Below are positions 41,690-55,152 of a DNA stretch of 64,000 nt, in pieces. The position numbers and the translations under genes are program-made. Source of the stretch: Eledone cirrhosa (Eukaryota); assembly GCA_964016885.1 (NCBI GenBank), contig OZ024754.1:37572001-37636000 (forward strand), given 5' to 3'. Within the stretch, counting starts at the first letter, position 1. The number at the start of each line of letters is the position of its first letter. The notes below the pieces were generated by a model. That model was not told where the DNA came from. It saw only the letters and a list, made by a program, of their open reading frames with translations, and did not search any database.

Positions 41690-43450
41690 TCATCATTTTA
41701 CGTCCGCTTTTCCCTGCTTGCAAGGGTGGGACGGGTCCTATTCAGCACAGCATCTCTCCACTTGTCACGGTCCTTCTTCCTCTCCTCCGTGAGTTTCAGC
41801 GATCTGCTGTCAGCTCTCACCACCTCCGCCCATGTTTTTTGTGGTCTTCCTCTACTGCGTCTTCTTTCTACTGGGATTCTTAGCACTTCTTTATCCAGCG
41901 GTCATCCTCCATGCGCCTCACATGTCCATACCATGTCAGTCTTCTCTCCTGCATACTACAACTTATGCCCCTTATACCCAGTTTCTCTCTCAACTTGACA
42001 TTGCACATCCAACGGAGCATGCTTTCTTCAATTCTCTCCAGCCGTCGCATATCCTCTGCAGTTGCTGCCCATGTCTCACTACCATGCAGCATCACGCATC
42101 TCACACAAGCACCATATAACCGGCCTTTGGTACGCAGGGATAAACCCTTCTCTGTCAACAGAGGAAGCAGCTCCCTAAACTTCTTCCAACCCGTCCTTAT
42201 TCTAGATACTATGGCCTCGGAACACCCCCTCCCATGCATGCTAATCTGATCACCTAGGTACTGGAAGTTATCATCCACTTTTATAGAACCCACCTGCATT
42301 GGGAAAATGTGTCTATCACTGCAATTACTACTTCCGACTTTCCCTGTACATCTACTGCATACGTAGTTTTCCTTACCTGTTAGTTTGCCTGCTATCCCAC
42401 TACATTTCTTGTGTACCCAAGATCTGTATTGCGTACAATTTATGGAATTTATGCCAGTTCCTTTTCTACATATTGAATATGGCCATTTCTCTGATGGAAT
42501 CAGTGTATCGTCCTCTCTTCTACTTATCAACACCTTTGTCTTAGCTAGGTTCACTCTCAGTTCTCTTGATTCCAACTGCTGTTTCCATAGCCAGAATTTA
42601 TTCTCTAGATCCTCTACTGATTCTGTTGTAAGAACCAGATCATCAGCTTAGAGAAGTTCCCATGGGCATCCAGTCTTAAACCCCTCTGTTATTACTTGGA
42701 GGACTATAATGAACAAGAGCGGGTTGAGGACCGAACCCTGATGTACACCTACTTGTATCTGGAATTCCTCACTAAACTCCATTACTACTCTAACTTTACT
42801 GACAGCACCTCTGTACATAGCTTTCACTGTCCTCACAAGCCATTCCTCAACACCTAGTTCCCTTAGGGACCACCAGATAACAGATCGGGGTAGCCTATCA
42901 AAGGCCTTCTCTAGGTCAACAAAAGCTAAGTATAGTGGCTTATTCTTCTCTAAGAACCTCTCTTGTAGTTGTCTCACTAAGAAGAGGGCATCTGTTGTAC
43001 TTTTCCGAGGAACAAATCCAAACTGCATCTCATCTAATTCGACCCTTTCTCTAATCAGTTGCGCTAATATTCTCTCTGCCACTTTCATAACCTGATCCAT
43101 CAGTTTTATACCCCTATAACTGCTCCTCTCCAGAGCATCCCCTTTACCTTTGTAGCAATTTCTGAGAATACTGCTGCGCCAGTCTTTGTGTATGACACCA
43201 TCATATATAGCTTGATTAATGATGCGTGCAACTAGTTTAGTGCCTAATTCTGATGTCTTCAGCATCTCAGCAACTATCCCCGACGGTCCAGCAGTCTTAC
43301 CATTCTTCATTTCCTTAATTGCCTCTTGTACCCTATATTCGTCAATCTCAATAGCTGGTCCCTCTGTCGGGTCTACTGGGGGTAATTTCTCTCTGTCCCA
43401 TTCGTTCTCCACATTCATCAGTCTCTCATAATGACATTTTCAGGCCTCCT
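41690..43450 (-). mobile_element. 5'-truncated RTE-clade LINE; RT ORF broken by a stop at the YADD tyrosine; PHD-like finger inside ORF2
   Basis: ORFs 42648..43418 and 41880..42575 are in the same frame (KGKGDA..YRGIKL, QFGF, FVDLEKAFD, GVHQGSVL, ELL*ADDL); (GAT) tail. Confidence 0.93.
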
Positions 43451-43694
43451 TTTTTTTTTCATATATAATCACATACCCACATACACAAAAAAATATATTT
43501 TGAACAAAACAAACAGTTTTGGCTCTAAGTAAAATCCAATTTACCATTAACTTGGTAAATGTTAAATAGAAATTGATGCACCGCCACCAGCAACAGAAAT
43601 AGAAGAATTCTGTATAGGAGTATGTGAGGTAAAAAACATTCGCGTAATCATTGGAGGCCATAACGACATAAGAAGATGTCCAAGAAATAAACAG

Positions 43695-44400
43695 GAAGAC
43701 TCCGAGACAAAGGGGCTGGAAATAATGGTTAACATATTTAACAATGAACACATAAGGTGTGGAAGACTCCGAGACATAGGTGCTGGAAATAAGGGTTAAA
43801 ATATTAAACAGGGTCACTTAAGGTGTGGAAGACTCCGAGACAAAGGGGCTGGAAATAATGGTTAACATATTTAACAATGAACACATAAGGTGTGGAAGAC
43901 TCCGAGACATAGGTGTTGGAAATAAGGGTTACAATATTAAACAGGGTCATTTAAGATGTGGAAGACTCCGAGACAAAGGGGCTGGAAATAAGGGTTAACA
44001 TATTTAACAAGGAACACATAAGGTGTGGAAGACTCCGAGACATAGGTGCTGGAAATAAGGGTTAAATATTAAACAGGGTCACTTAAGGTGTGGAAGACTC
44101 CGAGACAAAGGGGCGGGAAATAAGGGTTAACATATTTAACAAGGAACACATAAGGTGTGGAAGACTCCGAGACATAGGTGCTGGAAATAAGGGTTACAAT
44201 ATTAAACAGGGTCACTTAAGGTGTGGAAGACTCCGAGACAAAGGGGCTGGAAATAAGGGTTAAAATATTTAACAGGGTCACTTAAGGTGTGGAAGACTGC
44301 GAGACATAGGTACTGGAAATTATGATTAAAATATTTAACAGGGTCACTTAAGGTGTGGAAGACTCCGAGACAAAGGGGCTGGAAATAAGGGTTAAAATAA
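43695..44400. repeat. 66/67-bp tandem repeat with alternating A/B variants (133-bp higher-order unit), ~11 monomers
   Basis: gaagactcc at 43695, 43762, 43828, 43895, 43961 and onward; acaaagggg and acataggtg variants alternate. Confidence 0.93.
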
Positions 44401-44409
44401 CCGAAACCC

Positions 44410-44495
44410 AATGATTAAGAAACATATACGTTATACAGAAAATAGCTCTTCTAAGCACTGTGCACATGTTCAGAAAAGTACTCTCAATACAACAG
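44410..44495 (+). mobile_element. R4/Dong-like non-LTR C-terminal remnant
   Basis: IQKIALLSTVHMFRKVLSI resembles the QKxxLLGTAxIxRKVL terminus. Confidence 0.5.
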
Positions 44496-44887
44496 AAATA
44501 ACAAAAACCAAAACAATACTGCATATATCCAAGGTGCACATAGCTGTGCTCGGTAATGCAGTGATAACACACAAGGAAAATAGGGCTACTAAGAATAATA
44601 GTTTCTACTTTAGGCACAACGCCAGCAATTTGAAGGGGTCGGGTGGGAGAAAGTCGATCAAATCGACACGAGTGCATTACTGGTACTTTATTTTATCGTA
44701 AGGATGAAAGGCAAAGCTAACCTCGGCGAGATTTGAACTCAGAACGTAAACGGCCGCAACTCTATGCTGCAAAGCATGGTGTCCGATCGCCAAAGCTAAC
44801 CTCGGCGAGATTTAAACTCAGAACATAAACGGCAGCAATTCTATCTATGCTGCAAAGAATGGTGTCCGACCGACGCTCTGCCAATCC

Positions 44888-44923
<36 letters not shown>

Positions 44924-44977
44924 CTGCAACTGCAACAATGCAAATATCAAAATGTAAAAGACAAAGTAATTGCTTAC

Positions 44978-45134
44978 ATTTCATAGGATGTAGCAATTAA
45001 AAATAATCCGGCAGAAATGATAAACATGGCGCCAGGGTTGTCTGTGAAGGTCTTCGTATAGATCATATTAAGCAGAGGTATCATTAGTGTTGTACCAAAC
45101 GAGTTAAGAGTGAACATCACGGCATAAAGATGAC
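44978..45134 (-). CDS. SLC46A-like: SLC46-family transporter exon 5 (157 nt; GHLYAVMFTLNSFGTTLMIPLLNMIYTKTFTDNPGAMFIISAGLFLIATSYE; TM11-12)
   Basis: Acceptor tattttttcAG in phase 1, typical SLC46 NxIYxxT...PGAxF motif, donor GTAAGC in phase 2. Read-through gives M-stop at 44974. Confidence 0.88.
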
Positions 45135-45159
45135 CTGAAAAATAAACAAGAGCCGAAAG

Positions 45160-45190
<31 letters not shown>

Positions 45191-45299
45191 ATTGTTTCTA
45201 CTCTTGGCACAATACCAGCAATTACCCCCAGTTCAGTCAATCCACCAATAGGACACATATATATATAAATATATATGTATATATATATATATAAGGCAC

Positions 45300-45652
45300 A
45301 TATATAAATATTGCAACTTTTTCGTTAAAATCCTGTGGATGGTGCTTCGGGAAACCTCAGGGACCAAAATGCAGAGAGCATCCACAGTGATCCGCCGATC
45401 TTTACGCATGTTTTCCTCGGAAGGAGACCTTACTTTTGGGAGTGCCCTCTATATAATAACTGCGCGAAATTCGCACTTGGCGATAGCGTTAAACGGGAGC
45501 TCCATTCTCAACGGCTGCCAAGCCAAGATTGAGCATCCCAGCGAAGCGCGCGCATGCTTGTTTGGGAGTGAAGGAAGCACCAATAACAACAGTGTTGCCA
45601 ACAGCCGTACGAACAGTTTCTCTACGTCCCCATCGCTTTGGGGATTACCCTC

Positions 45653-45655
<3 letters not shown>
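45300..45655 (-). mobile_element. Mariner transposon fragment (left end and internally deleted HTH region)
   Basis: TA-CGAGGG terminus; [17 protein letters not shown] and ENMRKDRRITVDALCILVPEVSRSTIHRILTKKLQY. Confidence 0.78.
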
Positions 45656-45688
<33 letters not shown>

Positions 45689-45778
45689 CACATATATAAA
45701 TATATATATATATATAAGACACATATATAGATATATATATATATAAGACACATATATAAATATATATATATGAGACAC

Positions 45779-45843
<65 letters not shown>

Positions 45844-45971
45844 ATGTAGGAGGTGAGTTTTATTGTAGTACAATAAAGCAATGCAGATATCGGATAAGAA
45901 GCACTCTACAATTTGTAGGACTGGAGAATACATAATATATAAGATCAAAAGATGGTTAAAGGAGTTCCATG

Positions 45972-46042
45972 TATTTTATTATGCGCATTTCAAAAACAAA
46001 TATCATCATGCAATAAAATTTGTGTTTTCATCAGATAAAATA
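45972..46042 (-). ncRNA. Type I hammerhead, left arm of fold-back 45935-46280
   Basis: Reverse complement reads tattttat CTGATGA aaac...ttttt GAAA tgcgca TA ataaaata. Confidence 0.8.
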
Positions 46043-46172
46043 GGAAGACATGATATGAAGGTTAAAAACACTTGTGGATAGTGCAGTTTATTTAAAACTG
46101 TTTATTTAAAACATATGTTGATTTAAAACTGCACTATCCACAAGTGTTTTTAACCTTCATATCATGTCTTCC

Positions 46173-46243
46173 TATTTTATCTGATGAAAACACAAATGTT
46201 ATTGCATTATGATATTTGTTTTTGAAATGCGCATAATAAAATA
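46173..46243 (+). ncRNA. Type I hammerhead, right arm of fold-back 45935-46280
   Basis: tattttat CTGATGA aaacacaaatgttat...tgatatttgttttt GAAA tgcgca TA ataaaata, with palindromic ATGCGCAT. Confidence 0.8.
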
Positions 46244-46284
46244 CATGGAACTCATTTAACCATCTTTTGATCTTATATATATAT

Positions 46285-46340
<56 letters not shown>

Positions 46341-46379
46341 CATGTATACACATACATACATACATATATATTTATATAT

Positions 46380-46440
<61 letters not shown>

Positions 46441-46535
46441 AATATATATATATATGACACATATATAAATATATATATATATAAGACATATAAATATATA
46501 TATATAAGACATATAAATATATATATATGAGGCAC

Positions 46536-46652
<117 letters not shown>

Positions 46653-46738
46653 ACATATTAATATATATATATGAGGCACATAAATATATATATATATAAC
46701 ATATATAAATATATATAACATATATAAATATATATAAC

Positions 46739-46858
<120 letters not shown>

Positions 46859-47007
46859 GTAGGTCCCGGGTTGAGTCGGGGATAACCACAGTAAGTAAGG
46901 TACTCAATACATGGCAGAGTAAAATATTTTTATTTTATAGAAGGAGCTTCTTCCTGAACATTTCATCTGAATTTAAACAGTACTAGTCCTGTAGAAGCTC
47001 CTTCTAT

Positions 47008-47056
<49 letters not shown>

Positions 47057-47423
47057 TTAATATAGATGAGATTCTACAGGACTAGAACTGTTTCATTCTT
47101 TAGAAATCAACACGAATCTGGGTATCAAAAAATAAATATGGTATTTATAGGTCTCTTCAGGTGGTAGGAGAGGGTAGGGAGTGGGATGGGTAGAGGTCAT
47201 TGGTTGATAGAAAAGGGAATTCATTAAAAGCTAATTCTTTAAAGCTATAATTTATATTTAGAGTAACAAAGGCAGAAAGAATTCTATAAACAAGTTCAGA
47301 ATGGGGTGCCACTCCTTATTTTTAAGTTTCTCTTAAGCTAACAATGCCTAGATTTCAGGTGTCTATAAGATCGTTGGGGGTCAGTCATGGTTGATCGATT
47401 TAAAGAAAAGGGAAATTCTTTAA

Positions 47424-47720
47424 AAGCTCAATAGGAACTCCACCCCCTTCACGCTTAAATGGAAAATACTTCTGAAAGCGCGCTCTTACAACGGAGGACA
47501 CAAAGGCTGCGACCTTTGTATCTCAGAGAGCTATGAAATTTTATTCGCCAAGGGCCCGCTACTGAACAAACTCTCTGAACACCGCCCGAACTGCATGCAC
47601 AAGAACTTTGCAAATTTCAAATACCTTTGCCCGATGGCTAAAAACGACTTCTTCCTTTTACCCCCTCTGCCTCCTTCCCACCCACCCCACCCCTCCTCAA
47701 CCTGAAATACGGCCACTATG
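47424..47720 (+). mobile_element. Penelope-like GIY-YIG C-terminus, joined to an inverted 3' end (46858-47420)
   Basis: LKWKILLKARSYNGGHKGCDLCISESYEILFAKGPLLNKLSEHRPNCMHKNF. Confidence 0.85.
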
Positions 47721-47942
47721 GTTATGTGAGTACCTCTTTCCTATCTGCATTTTCTGCCTGTAGAGCTGTTTTTATGTGCCTGTGTATATGCGTATATTTA
47801 TGAGTACATATTTGTATATATATATATATGTATGTATGTGTATGTATGTGTATGTGTGTGTATATGTATATATACATGTGTATATGTGTATATACATGTG
47901 TATATGTGTATGTATATGTATATATATGTATATGTATATATA

Positions 47943-48031
<89 letters not shown>

Positions 48032-48041
48032 GTGTATGTAT

Positions 48042-48178
<137 letters not shown>

Positions 48179-48274
48179 CGTATATGTGTGTGTGTGTATA
48201 TATATGTATATGTGTGTGTGTGTGTGTATATGTGTATATATATGTATGTGTATGTATATGTGTATATATATGTG

Positions 48275-48318
<44 letters not shown>

Positions 48319-50511
48319 AACAAGTAGGACCCCGACGGCTGAGCTCAAGCCGTTTCGACGGCTAATTCTGGACTGAATGAAAATTTATTCTGGTATTTAA
48401 ATAGCCGAGCTTATCAAGGGGTAATTCCATATATGGTCAAAGAGATAATCACCAGGATTGGTCACATCACAAGTTAGTAGTAAATCTGTGATGGCAAATT
48501 GGTAGGGGAAGGGGTAGCTGAACCTGCCGGTAGGAGAAAACGGGAGAGGGGTTGGAGTAGACCCATTCATGCGTTGGTAGTGCCGGCTACAGCTGGGTGT
48601 GAGGTCAAAGAAGATACTGGGGAGGCGGAGGGGGAGGAAGTCGAAACGGTAAGTAGAACAATGAAGGGTAAAACTATAAAAAGTACTGAGAGAGAGAAAA
48701 AAAAAAAAAATAAGCAAAGTCTGGTTACTAAGACTTAAGCGGAATTAGTCGATCTCGGATTTGCAGAAACCTAGCGTGGCTGTTGTATGTTGTATGTGAT
48801 GTATATCGTATGCTATACGATACGCATTGTATATTGCATTCGGTCTCCGCTCGATGGTACAGGTCAGTCTAAAATCTTTTTCTGAGTCCAACCATTTTCG
48901 TAGCTATGGCAATATATATATAAGACACACATATATATATAACATATATAAATAAAGAAGCATATATAATTGTTTCTATTTTTAGCACAAGGCCAGCAAT
49001 TATCTGAGTGCATTACTGGTACTTTATTTTATCGACTTCGTAAGGATGAAAGGCAAAGTTAACCTCCGCGGGATTTGACCTAAGATCATAAAGGGCCGTA
49101 ACTCTATGCTCCAAAACATGGCGTCCGACCCTCTACCGATACTGCCAATATATAATACAGGCTGAGCGTAAAGTCTTTGATACCACAAAACACACTGAGC
49201 TCTTTGTTTCATAGATGTCCAACCCATGCTAGCGTGGAAGATGGACATTAAACGATGATGATGATGATGATGATGAGATGCCATTTTCTTACTGAAAATT
49301 CTAACTACTTCCTGTAGAAGAGAAAATATAAAATCTGTTCAGAAAAACTTTAAACTTGAAATTTATAAATTAAAACAATGAAAAAGTAAAATCTGAAATA
49401 GTATCCGAGATATAATCAGGGAAAGACTTTACGCTCACCCTGTAGAATATGAGACTCCAATGTTCCTTTTATCATAGACTTAAACCATTACCCTCCTCCT
49501 GAATTTAAAATCATCAATTCTCTTGGGTACTTTTAGAATCTCAATGTTACAAGTATTGTGTGTGACAGCTCACACCTATACAGGTTTAGCTGGCCTCCTC
49601 CAAGGTATATCTCGTTGGAGGTGTCTTGGGTGATTTAATGATAGGGACCCCCTGTCCTATCATCTCATTTCTATAGCTGAATAAACTGGAGCAACGTGAA
49701 ATAAAGTGTCTTGCTCAAGGAAACAACACATCACCTGGTTCGAGAATTGAACTCACAATTTTTCGATTGCAAGCCCAATGCTCTAACCACTAATCCATGC
49801 GCCACCTAACCACTAATCAATGCTCATTAGTTCCTTATCTCCAGACTGAAGATAACTGGAGCGGCCCAAAAGATGGGGTTCCTTCTAACATTTCTTCTAC
49901 CCTCTACCAGTCTTAGAAGCCATAAAAAGAGAATAAAATGGTGGGCATTGCCCTTCCTCTCGCTAAATCATCAACAATATGTTTAACTTGTATATTTATG
50001 ATGGCTAAAAGTCTAAAGTCTATGATGGCTAAAAGTCAAAGCTTATTTGGCTGGTGTTTATCCCGGTTTCATGGCGTGAAGCTACTGAGAGTACGAGCAC
50101 CCCCCCCCCCCCCCCTGGACAGGACGCCAGTCCATTGCAAGGTTAAACCCCCAGCTATTGCTGGTACTCATTTTCAGCTGCGTATACTAGAACGCGAAAT
50201 GAAGTGTTTTGTTGAAGAACACAACACGCCACCCAGGAATCCAACCCACGACATTATGATTCTAAGTCCAACCAACACCCTTACCACTAGGCCACGTGCC
50301 TCCACATATTTATGATGTACGATTATTTATATTACGTTAGCTAAAACTAGTGGCAGTCTGTACCGGCAAAATCTAATGGTGGTCTTAGTCCAGGAGTGTG
50401 CAACATATTCCTTTGGCGGGTCACTTTTGAACATTGGAACAACTATTAGGGCCATTAATATTTATTAAGCACTATTCCAAAGATTCACCACAACTTCTTT
50501 CCATAACATGG

Positions 50512-51287
50512 AACTGGGAAATTATAACAGACATAACCCTATCAGTAAAGTCCTTTAGTTTAAGTCAACTGGGAAATTATAACAGACATAACCCTATCAG
50601 TAAAGTCCTTTAGTTTAAGTCAACTGGGAAATTATAACAGACATAACCCTATCAGTGAAGCCCTTTAGTTTAAGTCAACTGGGAAATTATAACAGACATA
50701 ACCCTATCAGTGAAGCCCTTTAGTTTAAGTCAACTGGGAAATTATAACAGACATAACCCTATCAGTAAAGTCCTTTAGTTTAAGTCAACTGGGAAATTAT
50801 AACAGACATAACCCTATCAGTGAAGCCCTTTAGTTTAAGTCAACTGGGAAATTATAACAGACATAACCCTATCAGTAAAGTCCTTTAGTTTAAGTCAACT
50901 GGGAAATTATAACAGACATAACCCTATCAGTAAAATCCTTTAGTTTAAGTCAACTGGGAAATTATAACAGACATAACCCTATCAGTAAAATCCTTTAGTT
51001 TAAGTCAACTGGGAAATTATAACAGACATAACCCTATCAGTAAAGTCCTTTAGTTTAAGTCAACTGGGAAATTATAACAGACATAACCCTATCAGTGAAG
51101 CCCTTTAGTTTAAGTCAACTGGGAAATTATAACAGACATAACCCTATCAGTAAAGTCCTTTAGTTTAAGTCAACTGGGAAATTATAACAGACATAACCCT
51201 ATCAGTGAAGCCCTTTAGTTTAAGTCAACTGGGAAATTATAACAGACATAACCCTATCAGTGAAGTCCTTTAGTTTAAGTCAACTGG
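50512..51287. repeat. 55-bp tandem repeat, 14 near-identical copies (intron 4 of the SLC46-like gene)
   Basis: aactgggaaattataacagacataaccctatcagtaaagtcctttagtttaagtc. Confidence 0.98.
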
Positions 51288-51415
51288 TAAAGAAACCAAA
51301 TAAATATATTAAAAAAAACAACAACTCCAGTTGCATTTTCGATTTCATCTTTTGTCCTTATACTTTCACTCGTGTAGGACACCTCGTTTTTTTTCATTTT
51401 GTATAAAAACCTCAC

Positions 51416-51508
<93 letters not shown>

Positions 51509-51620
51509 GGGCGGCGAGATAAATAGATAGATAAATAGATAGAGAGAGAGAGAGAGAGAATTAAAAAGTAAAAATGGAAAAGAAAAAGAAAGAAACAGAA
51601 TGAGCGTGAGAAATAGAATG

Positions 51621-51653
<33 letters not shown>

Positions 51654-52018
51654 CATGATTTTGTAAATACAGAGAGTTTCATAGCTATAGGACACATTTT
51701 AAATGCAATTATCTTGAATTATAATAATTGTTTCTACGTTTGGTACAAGGCCAGCAATTACCCAGTGCATTACTGGTACTTTATTTTATCGACCCCGTTA
51801 GGATGAAAGGCAAAGTTAACCTCGGCCGGATTTGAACTCAGAACGTAAAGGACCATAACTCTATGCTGCAAAGCATGGTGTCCAACCCTCTACCGATACT
51901 GCCAATCCACCGCCTTTATTTATTGCATGTATTTATTACATAATAATAACATATGTTTCATCATTATGGTTTATCTCTTATGATATTTCAATAAAAAGAA
52001 AAGAGAAACCAATTTTAC

Positions 52019-52102
52019 CATGCGTGGAAGCGTCAACCGTGTAGAACATCTTTTGTGTGAGGAAAAAAACCATTATATAAACAGCCAGGTGGTTCAACAG
52101 AA
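52019..52102 (-). CDS. SLC46A-like: SLC46-family transporter exon 4 (84 nt; VLLNHLAVYIMVFFLTQKMFYTVDASTHG)
   Basis: Acceptor tttctcttctAG, donor GTAAAA, phase 1-1. The 84-nt length equals the 28-codon exon 3 of vertebrate SLC46A1 (recalled). Confidence 0.85.
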
Positions 52103-52304
52103 CTAGAAGAGAAATTAGACAAAAAATGATGTATGTATGTATGATGTTTGTATGTATGTACGTATGTATGAATGTGTGTATGTATACGTGTATGCATGTA
52201 TACATGTATGTATGCATTTATGTATGTACGTATGTATGTATGTATGTATGTATGTATGTATGTATGTATGTATGTATGTATGTATACATATATGTATGTG
52301 TGAG

Positions 52305-52670
52305 ACAGTCCTTGGAGAATTAGGGCTTTTTCAGTAACGCAAAGCCTGCATCACTTCGATCCATTGATATAGGCCTTAGCTTTCTCAAGCACCCTCTAAT
52401 TGGTATTATAGCGTTGCTTCCCGTCTACAAATGCACATGTATGGTATGCTAAGGCTGCAGAGATTATTATCAGCATGTTTGAACAATGAGGGTACTGTAT
52501 CGCTGCATAAAATTATCTTCATCTAGGCTAGGCCAATATAACGTTTTTCTGTCATCTGTTTGATTTGGCATGATTTAGGTGACGCCAGTCTTAAATACAA
52601 TTGAATTGATACTACATACCTATTTGAACGAGCAGTCACCCTTTTTTTTCTGAAATGATCATCCAGGTTT
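52305..52670 (-). mobile_element. Decayed Penelope-like GIY-YIG fragment
   Basis: YIGLA...VLEKAKAYINGSK*CRLCVTEKALILQG. Confidence 0.75.
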
Positions 52671-53129
52671 TTCTTGTGATATTATATTAGATATAATATT
52701 ATATTAGATATTATGATATTAGATATTATGATATTAGATATTAGATATTATGATATGATATTAGATATTCTTGTGACATTAGATATTATAAACGATTTCA
52801 TATTAAGAGCACAGAAGAAGCTGATCTTAATGGAACTTCTAATGAAGATTTTACTATATCAGTGCTTATGTTTGTTTCGGTGTTTAGTGAAAAAAGGAAG
52901 GAAGACAAACTAGGTGACTTTTCTGGGCTTTTTTCGAAAAACCAAACTGTAGTAGATCAAGTCCTAGTCTAAGTGCAATAGAAAAAGAAGTTGAACACTT
53001 ACTATGTGAATTCTTTTGTTTGGACGCTAGCTAAAAACTCATAAAATAAGAAAAAAGGTGAGGGTGGGGAAGGAGAGGAATAAGAAATACAAAAAGAAAA
53101 AAAAATGAAAGAAAAGAAAGATTTTATAC

Positions 53130-53952
53130 CTGTTTCAATGGGGAATATTTTTGTTGTTCGAGAAAGAATGACGCTGCAGATGAACCCGATTGAAAGACAC
53201 CCAATGAAAATCCTGATACTCATTCCCTTTGTCATAGACAAGAGGTTTGCACATAATTTTGCAAACACACAGATGAGAGCGAAAATAGCTAAACACATTG
53301 AGATCACCACGAAGTTGAAGTTGTATGGTTTGTTAATAAGAAATTGTATAATGAATGTTGACGTCACTCCTATAGGAAAATAAGTAATACTAGTGGCTGT
53401 CAGGAAAAAGAATAAGAAAAAACATTTTCTAATCACTGCTATGTTCCAAAAATATGATGGGATTTCTTTATGAAAGTTCAAATTTAACTTCTGTTCATGT
53501 TGCTTGAAACCGAATATAAGGAAAATTACAGTGATTATAGCCAAAGACAACAAACATAGTGAAGTGGTAAAGTAGCCATAGATTTCCATTATATAACCAA
53601 AAGCAATTATAAAAAAGCCAGATGATCCAGTGGCGTAAAACTGAGCTGCTGAAAATTGCTTGTAGCGGTTCGTATCAGAAATAAGTGACACAAAACCAGC
53701 GATAAAGCATGCGTGTCCTCCAGTGAGGCCATTGATAGCGCTAACCACAAATAAAAAACGCAAAGGCAGATTGAATTTGATCATTGCTGCAATTAAGATA
53801 ATTCTTATGATAGTGCCAGTCATAGACACCAGCATTCCGAGTTTGGGACCATATATTTCACCCATTAAATGTATTGCGAGTATTGAAAAAACACTCAGAA
53901 AAGATTCCAAAGCTATCATATCTGTTAACCATAAAGTTGTCTGCCGTTGCAC
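53130..53952 (-). CDS. SLC46A-like: SLC46-family (PCFT/HCP1-like) MFS transporter, large exon 3 (about TM2-TM9)
   Basis: ORF 53002..53952 has multiple TM helices and SLC46-like motifs (VQRQTTLW, GEIYGPK at the motif A position, INGLTGG, LISDT, YGY, KPYNFN). Acceptor ttttAG at 53954-53953, donor GTATAA at 53129, phase 0 to 1. Confidence 0.9.
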
Positions 53953-54096
53953 CTAAAAAGATTAAGAATAAATGTTTTAGAAATCACCATGAAGACCAAA
54001 GTACATATAGTTACATTATGTAAGGAACAGAATCGAGAACTTTCCCAGCCTCCGGTAAGCGACGGATGACTTTGGCTATAAGGTTTTTGCTTACAC

Positions 54097-54143
<47 letters not shown>

Positions 54144-54160
54144 GAGAGAGAAAGAGAGAG

Positions 54161-54244
<84 letters not shown>

Positions 54245-54555
54245 TGAAAAGGGGAGAGACTGAAAGAAAGAAAGAGAGAGATGGGACGGGAGAGAGAAGA
54301 GGAAGGAGAGAGAAAGAAAGAAAGAAAGAAGAGGAGAGAGAGAGAGTGAGAGAGGGGGAGGGGGGGGGGATCAAGCCCAGCATTGACTGAACTGGTACTT
54401 TTTATCGCCTCGAAAGGAAGGAAGGAGTAAAGATGACCTGGACAGGTTTTGAACTCACAACGCTGAGTCGGAGCCTTCTAACGACTCTGCTATTTCGTCT
54501 CCTCGTAAAATCGGAAACGTAAACAGGGCTTAATATAAGAGAAAGAGAAACCCAC

Positions 54556-55152
54556 CATTTCCGACGTAGAGTGAATCTCTTTGATTCGCGAATTCACATA
54601 GAGATGCAGGAGTATTTGGCCAAACAACATTACAGGTGCATAGATAACGAATAGCAGCTGTACACTTGGTAAGTATATTTTGATCGAGATATCCTTTTCA
54701 CAATCGGATTGTTTTCTTTCTTCTTCTCCTTGTTTTCCTCCACCTACTTCTCTTACTTCTCTTTCTTTTCCGTTTCCTTCTTTTCCGTTTCCTTCTTTTC
54801 CGTTTTCTTCTTTTCTGTTTCCTTCTTTTCCGTTTTCTTCTTTTATGTTTCCTTCTTTTCCGTTTTCTTTTTTTCTGTTTTCTTCTTTTCTGTTTTCTTC
54901 TTTTCCGTTTTCTTCTTTTATGTTTCCTTCTTTTCCGTTTTCTTCTTTTCCGTTTTCTTCTTTTCCGTTTTCTTCTTTTCCGTTTTCTTCTTTTCCGTTT
55001 TCTTCTTTTATGTTTCCTTCTTTTCCGTTTTCTTCTTTTCCGTTTTCTTCTTTTCCGTTTTCTTCTTTTCCGTTTTCTTCTTTTCCGTTTTCTTCTTTTC
55101 CGTTTTCTTTTTCATCTATTTTTCCTTCTCCATTGTCAAAGTCCGGATCTGC
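54556..55152 (-). CDS. SLC46A-like: SLC46-family transporter exon 2: ADPDFDNGEGKIDE-(KEENG)n-...IYLPSVQLLFVIYAPVMLFGQILLHLYVNSRIKEIHSTSEM (charged repeat plus TM1)
   Basis: Acceptor ttcttctttcAG, 597 nt with no stop, hydrophobic TM1-like segment, donor GTGGGT in phase 0 joining VQRQTTLW of the next exon. Confidence 0.8.
54766..55110 (-). repeat. Coding 15-bp tandem repeat (~23 copies) encoding KEENG
   Basis: (ttttccgttttcttc)n, in frame within exon 2. Confidence 0.9.

Noticed and set aside
50512-51287. Regular 55-bp array (also the 49-, 66- and 67-bp arrays) resembling CRISPR
   Set aside because: No unique spacers, no cas genes, eukaryotic context; these are plain minisatellites.
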